A program made the translations under genes and the position numbers. 64,000 bases of DNA from Azolla caroliniana (taxonomy: Eukaryota; Plantae; Polypodiophyta): assembly GCA_043228905.1 (NCBI GenBank), contig JBHGNT010000004.1:5208001-5272000 (forward strand). Reading direction: 5' to 3'. The notes beneath the pieces are model-generated. The model saw only the letters and a list, made by a program, of their open reading frames with translations, had not been told where the DNA came from and made no database searches. This document shows, one piece after another, positions 11,490 through 23,870 of this stretch (position 1 is the first letter of the stretch; every line of letters starts with the position of its first letter).

Positions 11490-13855
11490 GGAAGGCATCT
11501 GGGAAGCTACGGGATGGGAGTGCCCTGTCGATAAGAATAGCGTGTTTGCTTTATGCCAATTGCATGAAGTGTATGTAGATGAGAAGTGACGGCACACGGA
11601 TGAGGCGGCCGGTCCATCGAAGACACCGGAAAGCTGGAACTCCGGAGGTAAGGGAAAAGAAAATATGATTCCGGCATTCAAGCTCGCCTCGGACATCGAA
11701 CAACAAACGGACTTGAAAAAGGTGTTCGAGGAAAGAATCCTCGATAGCCGGGTAGATTTTTCACTTCGAGAATTATTTGGAATAGTGAAGAAGGAGTTCC
11801 ACGATCTTCTTGTGGATCTCGTGAAGAGAAAAAGGCAAAGTACTGAGGAGAACGCTCCAAGGGTGAATGCAAATACCGTTCTAATGAATGACACCGAATT
11901 AGAGGATGAAATACCGAATTCTCACTACACAAAGCCACACTGGGCACGCGCAACTACGGAGACTCCGGTCCAAATTCGTAATATCAAAAAACCCGTGCTA
12001 GCATTGATTGATCACGGATCAGAGATCAACTTGATGTCCAAGGAATTCTACCGGAAGAGTAAGTGGCCTATTAACACGAATCGTGGGTGGAAGATCCGGG
12101 CGGCCACTAAAGCAACAGAAGATCCAGGCATCCACGTACACGGCCGTAACCGGAGGAATGAAGAAAGAATACCGAAAAGTGGAGGATAAGTTACGGTCGA
12201 CATCAATAATAAAAGAAGACGAAGAAATTGTGGGAATAGTCGAAGAAATGTTCTATGGGAGCACACTACAACGGCTTGAAGAACTCACGGAAGATACAAG
12301 CCAGGGAAACCGGGTAATTCCGGTGGAGTCGGTCGAGATGTACGAGATCATTGTGAAAATGGGACCGGATGCGCTCCGCAAAGAAGAAGCAATGGTAAGT
12401 ACGAAATACAAGACCATGGAGAAGAAAGTGAAACCGGCCGCAGGACCGTTACCCGCAGATAGCGAACAAAAGAGGAAAGAAGTCTCGGGGGATCCAACAC
12501 TTTGGAAGTCCATGGATATTGGACATGCCTTTACGGATGAGACCCGGAAGAAACTTCGGATCGGTGGAGGTGGGTTCCTATTAAAGAATGAAGAAGAACG
12601 ATTCCGTGGGATGCTAGAGCGACATGGGAGAGCATTTGCATTTACATCGAAAGAAATAGGATGCGCTGACCCAAAGATAGTGGAGCCAATGGTGATCTTC
12701 ACGATTGACCATGTGCCGTGGAACCAAAAGCCGATTCCGGTGCCACGGGCGCATATTCCGAAAATCATCGACTTGCTCAAGGAGAAGGTGGCGATGGGGA
12801 TTCTAGAGCCATCAAATGCTCCGTACTCAAATCGATGGTTTACGGTTCCGAAGAAGAATGGGTCACTCCGATTTATTCAAGATTTGCAACCGGTAAACAA
12901 GGTCACGATCCGAAACTCCGGAGTCGGTCCGATAGTGGACGAATTTGCGGAAGCATTTGCCGGTCGCGCGATATACTCCATCGGAGACCTATACTCCGGA
13001 TATGACCAATTCCGACTAGCTGTGAAGAGCCGAGACATCACTACCATGCGGACACCGATAGGATTAGTCCGGATGTGTACGCTACCACAAGGCGCGACGA
13101 ACTCAGTCGCACATATGATGAATGCGATGAACAAGGTGCTCCAGGATTGCATACCGGAGATAACAATGCCATTCCTAGATGATATTCCGATGAAAGGGTG
13201 TGCGGTGGAAGAAAAAGATGAAGCTATGGATGAACGGGGATGCCGAAGGTTTGTAGTCAACCATATCCGTGATTGTGAGAAAGTGTTACGGAAGTTAGAA
13301 GATGTGCATCTAACACTTTCCGGAGAGAAATCGGCATTCGAACAAGAAGAAATATTGGTAGTTGGACATCTTTGTGGGCCCTACGGCCGAAGACCGTCAC
13401 CAACCAAGATCAATGCGATTCAAGCTATGAAAGAAGTATGCGAGTCACAATCCGAAGTTCGAAGGTTTCTTGGAGCATGTGCATTCTACCACATATGGAT
13501 TCCGCACTATGCACATATAGCGGACCCACTCTATCACTTGTTGCGGAAGGGTAAGAAGTTTGAATGGAAACCGGAGCATACCAAAACCGTGAAGAAGCTC
13601 AAGAAATCACTACGGAGGGCAGAAGCACTAAAGAAGCCGAACTATGACCAACTGATCATAGTAACGGTTGACACAAGTCCAACCAGAATCGGATGGGTCA
13701 TCAATCAAGCCGATCCGGAAGGTTCGCGATATCCGATCCGATTCGGAGCAAAGGTTCTCAACGAAAGGCAACGCGGATATGCACAAGTTAAAAGAGAATT
13801 ATGGGGAGTCATGTTGGCAATCAAATCGGATCGAGATTATTTGATCGGAGCTGAA
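11490..13855 (+). pseudogene. pol: Remainder of gypsy A gag-PR and RT-RNaseH
   Basis: ORFs 11665-12189 and 12083-13882 are colinear with B; stop at 11587; about 370 bp deleted near 12123. Confidence 0.9.
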
Positions 13856-15160
13856 AGGCACGACAACGTTGAGCCATTTTAATCTGTCTTATTCTGTATG
13901 AGATTAAGCCAAATTCTGTAGGAGATTGAAGAAAAGCAGATGGGATGCCAAAGAGAAACTAGTTAAGTCTGTGATGAATACCCAATTGTTTTCAAGGGAA
14001 AGAAGGAGGTGGCGGTATTATGGGCTTTCATTATGGGTTTTGTTGTGTTCTATGGCTGTTTGATTTGTTCTATGGTTGCCTCATCGAGATGTCTCCAAAA
14101 CATCGTACATTTTCAGCATATGATCCCATGGAATATAAATCAATGGTAGTGGCAAAGAAGTTAAATGGCAGAGAATGGTTCTGGTTGGACAATGTCCCAC
14201 ATGTTCAAGCAAAGGTGAATGGAAAAGAGGTGATAAAGAGGCTTATTCGTGCTAAAGTGGAGGCCTTCTCAAGGTTTATATGTGGTCTTATAGCTTGACG
14301 TAGCAATGGAATTTTCTCAAGGTTTATATGTGCTCTGCTAGCAAAGGTGTTATTGGCAACAATGTAGTTTTTTTGATAATATGTATTTGTGTAGAGGAAA
14401 CAATATTATGTACTATTTGTATATTGCCTTTGGCTTTTTATTAATACTAATGGAGCATATTTTTATGGAAAAATAAATAAAAAATGATAGAATGCCTCTC
14501 AAAATATTCAGTTGTAAGGTCATCCCAAACATGGTACTTAGTGCTCACCACTACGAAGATGCCTAAAACCATGTCTAGATCATCCTCTATCAAATCCATA
14601 TCTAATTCATAACTAAGGGGATTGTACACAATACCTTCAACTAAATCTTGAAGTGCTCTAATTACATCATTATTCATAAACAAGTGCAGGTCAAACAACT
14701 CCTTAAAGTAATTAACACATGTTTTGAATTTATTGTAGATCCTCATGCACATCCTCATATCAATATGTTATTTGCATCATTCTCAATCTTCTCTAATATA
14801 TTAGACAATAAGGTATTGTTGATCGTCCATAAATGATCCCGATTAGGATCATCCGTGTGACCCTCTTCGATTTGTATTAACTCAACATTTGTTAATTTTC
14901 CCCCACTGACTTTTTAACAACCCTTAATCCTTTTGGAAACCCCCAATTCTTCACAAACAATTACACTCTAGCATTGTATATCACTTTTGGGGAGCATATA
15001 CAGTGTACCCCATGGATTATGAGGAACCTATGCTCGTGTTCATGCCCTCTATCTTTGAGATCATAGTAGACTATGATTAAAGCAAGAACAAAAACCAATT
15101 AAGAATACTACGTGAGGCCCATAACGTGTTGAGTAGGTGTGCAAATGACTCTCTCTCTCT

Positions 15161-15248
15161 TTCTCGATTTGTGCATGTCATCCTTGCGTAGGGGCCATGC
15201 TAATCTTCTTTGTATCGTTCCAATTTTATCAGATGTCCCTGGAGGTAC
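15161..15248 (-). pseudogene. U6: U6 snRNA pseudogene, 3'-truncated
   Basis: Reverse complement reads GGGACATCTGATAAAATTGGAACGATACAAAGAAGATTAGCATGGCCCCTACGCAAGGATGACATGCACAAATCGAGAA, matching plant U6. ACAGAGA box is mutated to ACAAAGA and the 3' end/U-tract is missing. Confidence 0.93.
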
Positions 15249-16371
15249 CAAATCTCTCTCTCACCAATTAACTATTCATAGATATGAATACAATTACCTC
15301 CCTTCACTTCCAAAAATTCCTAATGCATAAGAGAACCCATTACCCTTAATTAGTTCAGTTTTGGTTCTCATAATCTTAAGGAGTTCAAAATTCAAAATGA
15401 CGGGCAATCATTTTATTTACAAATTAATTAAAACGTCTTTGTACTTTTTTTACCTTAAAAGTATGTTGTTTTGGGTAAAATAAAAGGGGAAAATAACCAT
15501 CGATGTAGAACCTTGGTTCCATGTTAACACCCTACATATTTGTTTCTTTCCACTCATACAACGATGAATTAGATAGCTAGTGTTATGACGAGGGTATTAC
15601 TGACGTCATTTGTTTCAATCACATCAACCTTAGAGAATCGTCTGGTCATATTATTAATTGGTCATGACGTGAAGTGCCATGGCAAGCCATTCTAAGGTGT
15701 GGTGCGTTGTGGGACAAGGTGTGTGCACAGACATGTGCGTGTCTATAGAAGGGGAAAAAGAAGAGGAGAGAAGTTGAGGAACAACCATGGCATGCTTATC
15801 GGGCACCTGTCTATCTATCTGTCCGCCTACTTGCCTGCCTACAAAAAGAGAAGAGGAGAGAAGCTAGGGAACAAGCACAATATGCTTGTGGGCGTATTGT
15901 CGGTCCGCCCGCCTACAGAAGAGAAGAGAAGATAGATAGATATTTGAAGCGTCCATAGAGAGGGCCAATATGGACCCAATGGGACCTAGCCGCCCATCCA
16001 AGGAATTGTGGAAGGAACAACCAACAAACAAAAAGCAATGAATGGAAATTTGTGTTGTCTCGACCTTTCTCTTCCGTCTACTTCTTCTTCCACTTCTTCC
16101 TCCTCTTCTCAGCTCACAAGCTTTATATACGAGTAGTTAAGTAGTAAGGAGGAGGCGGGAAAATTATGGCCCCCTACCCCCCAAAGTCATGGATGCCTCG
16201 TGGGCGATATTGCCTCCTCCTTCACCAAACCCCCCCCTCCTTCCCCAACCCAAAAACAATTCATCTGTCTCTTTCTCCTTCATCACATCCCACGCTCTGA
16301 AACCCTAAAACTTCCAATTTGGGCCTCTCCCCCTCCCCCTCAGAACAAGTTGTTTTCCTCTCATCCCATCC

Positions 16372-19009
16372 ATGGCAGCTATGGTGGGTGACCTTCGACA
16401 ACCCCTCCTCACTCATCCACGTAAGTATAACTTCCTTTATTTGTATTTGTATTTATCTTTTTAGGGTTAGAATCAGGCTTTCCTTGTGGAATCCTTAACC
16501 CCCCCCCTCCCCCCCCCCAATCTTTCTTTCACTCTTTCTCATCAGAGGAGCAGATTACTTACTCGGAGAATCGCTCCTCAGAAGCTTCGACTCTTCTTCG
16601 CATCCTTGGAATTGTAGAAGCTAACACGGAAATCACAGTCAGTGGTAGTGAGATCAGAGGAGCTTCATATACTTATCCCTCTACGCTTGATATACCCAAT
16701 TTGTCGCAGAGTATGTGCTTCATATGCCCGAAGATGTCTTTAAGAATGTGTCTTTATTACCAATCCCCACCTTTTTATTCACAGAATATTCCTATGTGAT
16801 AAAACCTGTCATAGTCTACAGGAGATGGCAAAGCTTATGGCGATCAACGTCAACCAGCCATAGCCGATGCTCTTCGAAGAAGGTAACTTAAATGTCTACA
16901 TTATACCTTATTCTCATGTTCTGTTAAGAAAGGCAAGGCAGTCTTAATGGGAAAATCTTAGGCTTCTCTCTTATGCTGTGTATCATAGTATCGAGATTCC
17001 AGAAGAAGAGGAATTGAGAGACCTTTTGCATGATCATGTCGAGGAGCATTATTGCTGTGGTCAGAAAGGTGGAGCAGAATGGAGTGTCAAGAGAGTGGAT
17101 GATTGTAGTTCTTACGTGGGCACTCTCGAGACGTTTGTTGAAGAACGAGAAGTGGTAGATGAGGCCGAGCCTTATTCAGGTGGCCCTGTGGATGGGAAAG
17201 ATAAGGGACGCATACCCGATGCTTGGGAAATCGATATGAAAGCTGAGATTCCTTTACTCTTCGTTCTGAGAAAAGAAGCTCGGAAAAGGGTTCCACATTC
17301 TGAAGTCATTATGGCATGCCAAGGTTCGTTTGCTCTTTGCTCCCCTCCTCTTCCACTTCACAGTTTAACTTTCACCAAATTTCCTAGTGTTTCTCTACAC
17401 CATATTCAACATTATGGGTTTCATAAAAGAAGGCTCTATATGCATGAATATCATATTTGATCTGTCATAACATGCAAACTAGGAATTATAGATAGTGAGC
17501 AAATATTTTGAAGTTTTCTTGTTTGTGGGTTTGACCTAAAAAAAGCTTTGTGATGCGAGAGCTAGATAATATCGTCACATATCATTCAAGTCTCCTAACC
17601 TAAAATCTGATTGCCTGAATTATTCAGTAGTCTAATCAGCGCTGTATCTCTAACATTGTCGGCAGTTTCTTAAAGGAATTTCTGGGATTCTATGTAAGAA
17701 TCATTGTAAGTTGTTACCTCCAGCGTAAATTTGCCTCTGATCATTCTGGTGCTTCACCTCCATACCTCCCTTTAACAAATAAAACTGCTAAGAGGTTCGG
17801 GAAACCTCAGAGAGACCCAACTACTACCTGGTAGTACAATTGAAGACTACGAGTCACAATGTAATTTATATTTGAAAAACATTGAAATGATCTTGATTGT
17901 AGTCCAGTTTATGTTCAGATTGTTCAGGCTGTGGTAGCCTGCCTTCATGCAGTTGTAAGATAAAACGAGAGTTCAAACATATCGCGACATCTGAATGTAG
18001 AATGTGTTCTGGACCATGCATTATGTGCATCAATACTTCAGATCCAATGTAATACTACTATGTTTTTTTCGGTTGTGTTTGGTTCAAATGCTTTTAGTCT
18101 CGATTGCTCATGAAGGCATATCTCTTTTAATGGCAGATGCAAAAGATGCAGTAAGAATGAAAGGAAAATTTCCTGCACCAATTGTGGGGCACAAAGACTG
18201 AAGAGATGCATGAAATGTCGAGGTGAAGGTGCTTTCCTTCATAGAAAGGTTCTTCTAGTGAGATGGTAATGTCAATGGTGGCAATTAAAGTTTTAATTAA
18301 GTTCAGTCCAATGGATTAAGTTAATAATACAACAATAAACATCTATTAAAGCCTGGTTCGTTCATAATGAAAAACTCTGCAATAATCCCACTCTCTTTAT
18401 TTCGTCAATGACCTTAAGTTTTTGTTATTTCTCGAAATTGCCTTGCACAACACCTTGTTGAGCAATTACATGGATAATTTTTATCCCTCTTTTCTCAATT
18501 ATATGTGCAATTTCGTATGGTCACTTTATCGTCTTTCACTCTTTCGGGGATTAACTATAGAAAATAAAGAAAAAACTGATGGGTATTTCAAATTGTTTAT
18601 CCTAATTTATATTGGATTTGATCATGGTGCATGATTTAGGCGAACCATCCTGCTAAGGCGTGTTTGTTCCACAAAAAATGCTAAGTCGGTACCTGACGAA
18701 GTATTCCAGAGAGCGAAAGGAGTCCAACTTCATGAAAGCCAGAGCTATCAATGTGAACCTGCATGTTTTGAAACCTCAAATAGCCTAACAAGATTCTCTG
18801 AGCATATAATTGCAGAGCGAGGTTCTCTTCCTTGGATGGCTCGGATGATTTGCGAACGGCACCAATTAGGGTTGGTGCCTGTTATGAGAGTGGTCATGGC
18901 CCGGAAAAAGAAGACATTCAAATTTTACATCATTGGTATGAGTAGGGAGATTTATGTTGAGAATTATCCCACAAAGAGCTGTTGGGCCTCCTTTTGTGGG
19001 CTTTTCTAG
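16372..19009 (+). CDS. SSUH2: SSUH2-like protein (DnaJ-type Cys-rich CxxC repeats), 7 exons
   Basis: Phase-consistent GT-AG exons 16372-16420, 16546-16710, 16822-16882, 16989-17323, 17919-18048, 18137-18265, 18640-19009. Motifs YVGTLETFVEER, VPHSE, several CxxC, VPDEVF, ICERH, FYIIG...YP..CW. Confidence 0.85.
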
Positions 19010-20292
19010 ATATTCTACTCCAAAGTGTAGTGTATGAAAAGGTTAGCTTAGTTTTAGGGTCTAATTGTAGTCGCTTGCACCTATCCTTGACTGAATGGAT
19101 AGATGGCATTATATGGCCACGGAGAGATGGCATCTATTCTTAGCCATCATATGGCCATGCAAGTCTCACACTCGGCTCAACAGGCTCCCTCCGTGGGATG
19201 CATTATACTTAATAGCATCATCAATTAGTCATAAGATGAAATTGATGAATATTATAATGTAAGGCTAACTTCATGATGAAAGTGAAAAGTTCTAAATGTA
19301 CCATTTGCCATAATGTGTCATTGTGGAAGTAGTTTGTGAAAATTTGAAGTGGGTGTGATGTGACATGGTATTTGCTGGAGCCTGAAATATTGAAAGTGGA
19401 TAATATTGACGTGTTAAGGTTATGTATTATGATAATATCTGAATTGTTAGATGTTGATTCACATTAACTGCTAAATATTTGATTCATCAGAATTGCAGAC
19501 CTATGTGATTCTTCTTCAGATAAGTTAAGACTCTTGGACCAAGTTAATGCCACTGTTAATTCAGTCATAAAAACAATAGCCAGGACTTCACATAAGCCTG
19601 CGGAGACACAAATCCATCTGATGTATAATCTCATGTTCCTTTAATAAAATAATAAAATTGCCAATGCAAGTTTTCGCACAGGGAGGAAATAAAAAACATA
19701 ATCCCGTCAAGTGGTTTCATTATCTAAAGAGTAATTTATGGTATTATATCTAATCCATCTTCGCCAATGCCTTTGAATCATCACTGTCAATTCCTTGTCA
19801 GAGACAACCAGACATTGTCAATTGCATAGCACAGAGGCAATCGTTCACAGTCTATTCCTAGCAGAGACATTCATTCCCTAGCATAGGTGTTAAGATTAGA
19901 TTAGATTTAAATAAGCATCCAAAAACCGTTGTCAATTTTCCAGCAGACATTTTCAAGATTTAGATTTGGCAGAAACGTCAAGAATTCAACGTAATCATTA
20001 TAAAACAGTAAGCATGGAATCAACGCACCTATGCTGTCAACAATGATCGCTTCAACAACAAGAATAACTTTTTATTTGGCCAAAAATAGCATTTAATATA
20101 CAAACAAAAGAAATTTGAAATCTGTCAGCATAAAACCCCCAGCTTCCAAGAAACAAATGTTTCATTGTCTAATTCAAGCCAAAGAAAATAATTTCACGAC
20201 TTCCTATAATGTGCTTCATTTAGATTTCTTCGTTAATGTCCTCTAGCAGTTGACACACGGAAGCCGAGGTAGTCATGGAAGTTCATCGACGC

Positions 20293-21244
20293 TTAAAATA
20301 GACAGTCAAGCAAGCAGCAGCAACACAGAGCCGCAAGACTGAAATAAGAAGAACGCAATAAGTATATTGATCAGTGAAAAGCCTTCTCCCAAATGCAATC
20401 GCAATAAAGGATTTACCAACGCAACATTGTTCACATTTCTAATAGCGATAAGCATTTTACAAATAATCATAATCCAATTAAGATTGTGATTCTTTTTAAT
20501 CAATTGCCGAAAAGTTTAGGAATATACCATCCTTCAACGAAACCACTGTCTTGCTTTTGGTTCACTTGCTGTGGAGGATAACCTTGTGGAGGATAGCCTT
20601 GTGGAGGATAGCCTTGCTGAGGATAGCCTTGTGGAGGATAACCTTGCGGAGGATAGCCTTGCGGAGGATAACCTTGAGGAGGGTAACCTTCACAAACATA
20701 AACATAAGAGTCAGTCCTATAACTTCACTGGTTCAAATCTGTAAGTCAAAATTATATAAAACTCGCATATCAACACAATTTCATTAGAAATAAAGATTGA
20801 CGTCAAGCACTAGGCTAGAAAGCTTTGAATTAGAATACTAGCACAGGAAAAACGCTCAAGAATAATGGCGAACTGGTAAGACCACAATTAAGCTCGAAAT
20901 ACAAAGAAGAAAGCACTGCCATTGAGCAAGAACGAAGAAATTGACTTCACTGCTAGGATGGTTTCATTAAAAAACATGACAGAATATGTACAGACATAAT
21001 AATTTATGAAGAATCTGAGAAAATGCGGGGGTTCATGAAGAATCTGTGAAAATGCAAAGATTCTTGAAATATCTGCAAAAATACCAGAGATCTAATAGTT
21101 CACGAAGATTCAGCTAAGGATCCGTGAAAAGAAGAGTCAGAAAAATAGTTGAAAATGCGTGCATTCATTTAGAAATTGTGATGCTTCAGACATACCTTGA
21201 GCAGGGGGAGCCATAACCGGAGATTTGTCTTGGTTATAACTCAT
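20293..21244 (-). CDS. CYSTM-family (cysteine-rich transmembrane module) small protein, 84 aa, 3 exons
   Basis: Exons 21244-21196, 20687-20528, 20338-20293 give MSYNQDKSPVMAPPAQ(GYPxQ)8QVNQKQDSGFVEGCLAALCCCCLLDCLF. Confidence 0.93.
20570..20687 (-). repeat. 15-bp coding minisatellite (GYPPQ x8)
   Basis: Repeated CCTTGTGGAGGATAR units on the + strand. Confidence 0.95.
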
Positions 21245-21710
21245 CTTTCTCTAATGCAAGAAAGCGTTGAATCTCTGATGACAATGTCTTGCCGTTTCAG
21301 GAGGAGGAGGAGGAGGAGAAGGTTGAAGATGGTAATGATAAACGGAGAAGAAGAAGATAAGCGGTTTTCACAAGAAGTAGACGAGCGGTTTCCACCAAAA
21401 GAAGATGAGCGGTTTCCTGCGTGTCCAAGGTTGAAATGCGAGCGGTTTTTTATAAGATAGGGAGACGCGCTTTCACACACGAAGACAAGGTCTTCGAAGG
21501 TCAAATTTCAAATATGGCCTATATATCTATCACACCAAAAATATGTGTGTGAGAGAGAGAGAGAGGGGGCAGGCGGACAAATGAGAAAAGAGGCGGACAA
21601 ATGTGAAACCAGTTATTATGTTGTGTTTCTCTTCCTTATCATTTTTGCTCCTTTGACACATTCAAACAAGATCCCATAATTTCAAACCATACCCTGCCTC
21701 GGAGCCTCCC

Positions 21711-21859
21711 AAGAAGAAGAAGAAGAAGAAGAAGAAGAAGAAGAGCAAAATTCCAACCCAAACACACTCTCTCGATCGCGGGTCCGTCAATTTTGCTAGT
21801 TTGTGCCCCTTGACTTTCCCGAACCCTCTGGATCTTCCCCCCCCCCCCCCCCCCCCCCC
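21711..21859. repeat. (GAA)n microsatellite and poly-C tract
   Basis: About 10 GAA units at 21711-21743; C run at about 21837-21859. Confidence 0.9.
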
Positions 21860-21999
21860 GCCCTTGCTAGTGTTTATGGTAGAGCGAGAATTCATTTATG
21901 TCATTATCATGAAAGTCTTCTAGATTAATATGTGAGGCCAACCAATGGCCCTATGGCACCCTTGGAACAATGTGTAAGAGTTGCATATTGATGTTCAAT

Positions 22000-22980
22000 G
22001 AGGATGGATGCATATTGGGCTTGTGAATGGATATAGCTATTATGAATTTTTGAGGGATCATATAATTGTTGCCATAATGAAGGATCAATACATTGTATGG
22101 GTAGCCATAATTATAATTTAATGGCAATCGATAATGTCTCTATCTAATGTATATCAATGCACATTAGCCCCTTTCCATCAAGATCTACATGGTGCTCTTT
22201 TACAAATTATATTGTCTTGTTGTTGGTTGTCCAACAAAGGTGAGATGGTTGGAAGGCCATAATATTAAATAGAAAAAGTCAATACATTTAATAAGGTTGT
22301 AGGACCAATTTTGGCATTACCGCCAGTTAGACAACCCAATGAATAGGGCATTAAAATTGAACCATAAGACAGTCTCATAATGTAATATATATGCAACATC
22401 TCTTGAATGACACATTTGTAGAGAGGGAGAAAGAAAGATATATTGACATCTTTTAACACTAGAATTGGCCCATGAGACAAATGATACAATAGTAGGATGT
22501 GTACCCAATCATTGAAAATAAAATGAAATGAAAAATGGGAAAAGGGAACATAAATAAAAGAGTTATAGCAATTTTTAAACTAAAACACATATATGACCAA
22601 ATCATGTCATCTAGTATTTCCAACATTTTAAGCCTATCAAACAACTGGTCTCTAGGGACTATGCGAAAGGCTTTGCGAAAGTCCACAAAACAACAACAAA
22701 ATTTTCGTTTCTGAGCCTTGGTCTGGTCAATTAAGCATCTACGTATGAAGATGCCATCACAAAAGGCTCACCTAAAGCCAACATGTTCGAGTGCTCGAAG
22801 ACTTCATGTCTCCATATAATCACTGACCTCTATTTCCATCATTGCCCCATGTAGTTTAGTGAGCATATTGACAATCATATTAGTCTTATATGTATTCAAG
22901 TCGATATGGTCCCCTCCTTTATATATAGGGATCATTGTGTTCATGATCCATTGTGGCAGAAAACCCTCACTAATGCCTTA
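22000..22980 (-). mobile_element. Highly decayed LINE reverse transcriptase fragment
   Basis: Minus-strand IPIYKGGD...Y...KL (near 22930) and VDFRKAF..VPR (near 22686) are non-LTR RT motifs. Boundaries are approximate. Confidence 0.6.
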
Positions 22981-23870
22981 TTAGGCTTAAGCATTATACT
23001 TACTTAATACTTAATGAATAAAAATACAAGTAAATTGGTTAATCGTGCTTCAATTAGTAATGGTTACCAATTAATACATACAAGGGAGATTAAGGTTTGG
23101 CACTTAATGAGACCTTACCACCGATCCCCTACAATAGATAGTTCGAATATATTTTTAGGTAGGGTATGAGAGGGAAAGAGTTTCAACTTTAGCCTTCAGG
23201 GGGGAAGAAGTTCAGAAAGGATTAAAAAGGTCCAAACTTACCTTTCTTTCCCTTACAAAAGTATTGACCCCTTTCACATTGGGGTGACCATAAGGCTTAA
23301 GTTCTAGAACTAATTGTATTGTATCCTCTTCTCTTGGTCCCATATTTGTATCCTTAGTATCAATGTAGGTATCCTCATTGGTCATGCTATGTATGTTAGT
23401 TGGCCATGCTACTTAACATTATTCGATGCAAATTGTAAAGATAGGATCCAACATAGAAGGTTACTATTGAGTTGTGCGAGTAGCAAGAAAAATGAGGGAG
23501 GATATCCAACATGCATACAAAGAATTGTTAGGAAATGGGGCTCAGACACAACCAAATCGCAAGCACAAGAAGGGAAAACAGAGTATTAAACACAGAGATG
23601 ATGCAACGACACAATGACACAAGATATTAACGTGGAAAACCCTATAATGGGAAAAACCACAGGATCCCACAGACATCGAACTGTTCCACTATAGGAGGAG
23701 AGAATACAAGGAGACTCACAGGCGACAACCTTGAGCTTGTTTTCATCTAATTGACGGTTACACACACTCACTCACTCTCTACTCCACACTTAGATTACAA
23801 CTATGTATAGTGATAACTAACTCTACAACAACACAATTAACATGTTAGCCCTAACTGTATATATACTTAA

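Larger units (their letters stand above)
2121..13865 (+). mobile_element. Ty3/gypsy element A, defective; interrupted by element B; integrase and most of the 3' LTR deleted
   Basis: 5' LTR 2121-3012 (TGTCG...CGACA); degenerate tRNA-Trp PBS TGGTGAACCCAATGTGA at 3017; gag from 3051; protease 11665-12120; RT/RNaseH to about 13855; ends in the LTR tip GGCACGACA; flanks ACAT/ACGT. Confidence 0.93.

Noticed and set aside
14447-14758. 103-aa minus-strand ORF
   Set aside because: No recognisable motif or gene structure; possibly old TE debris.
15139-15330. 63-aa [19 protein letters not shown]
   Set aside because: It is the antisense translation of U6.
15728-15935. Short degenerate duplication (AGAAGAGGAGAGAAG...ATGCTT) upstream of the SSUH2-like gene
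   Set aside because: Two to three decayed copies with no evidence of function.
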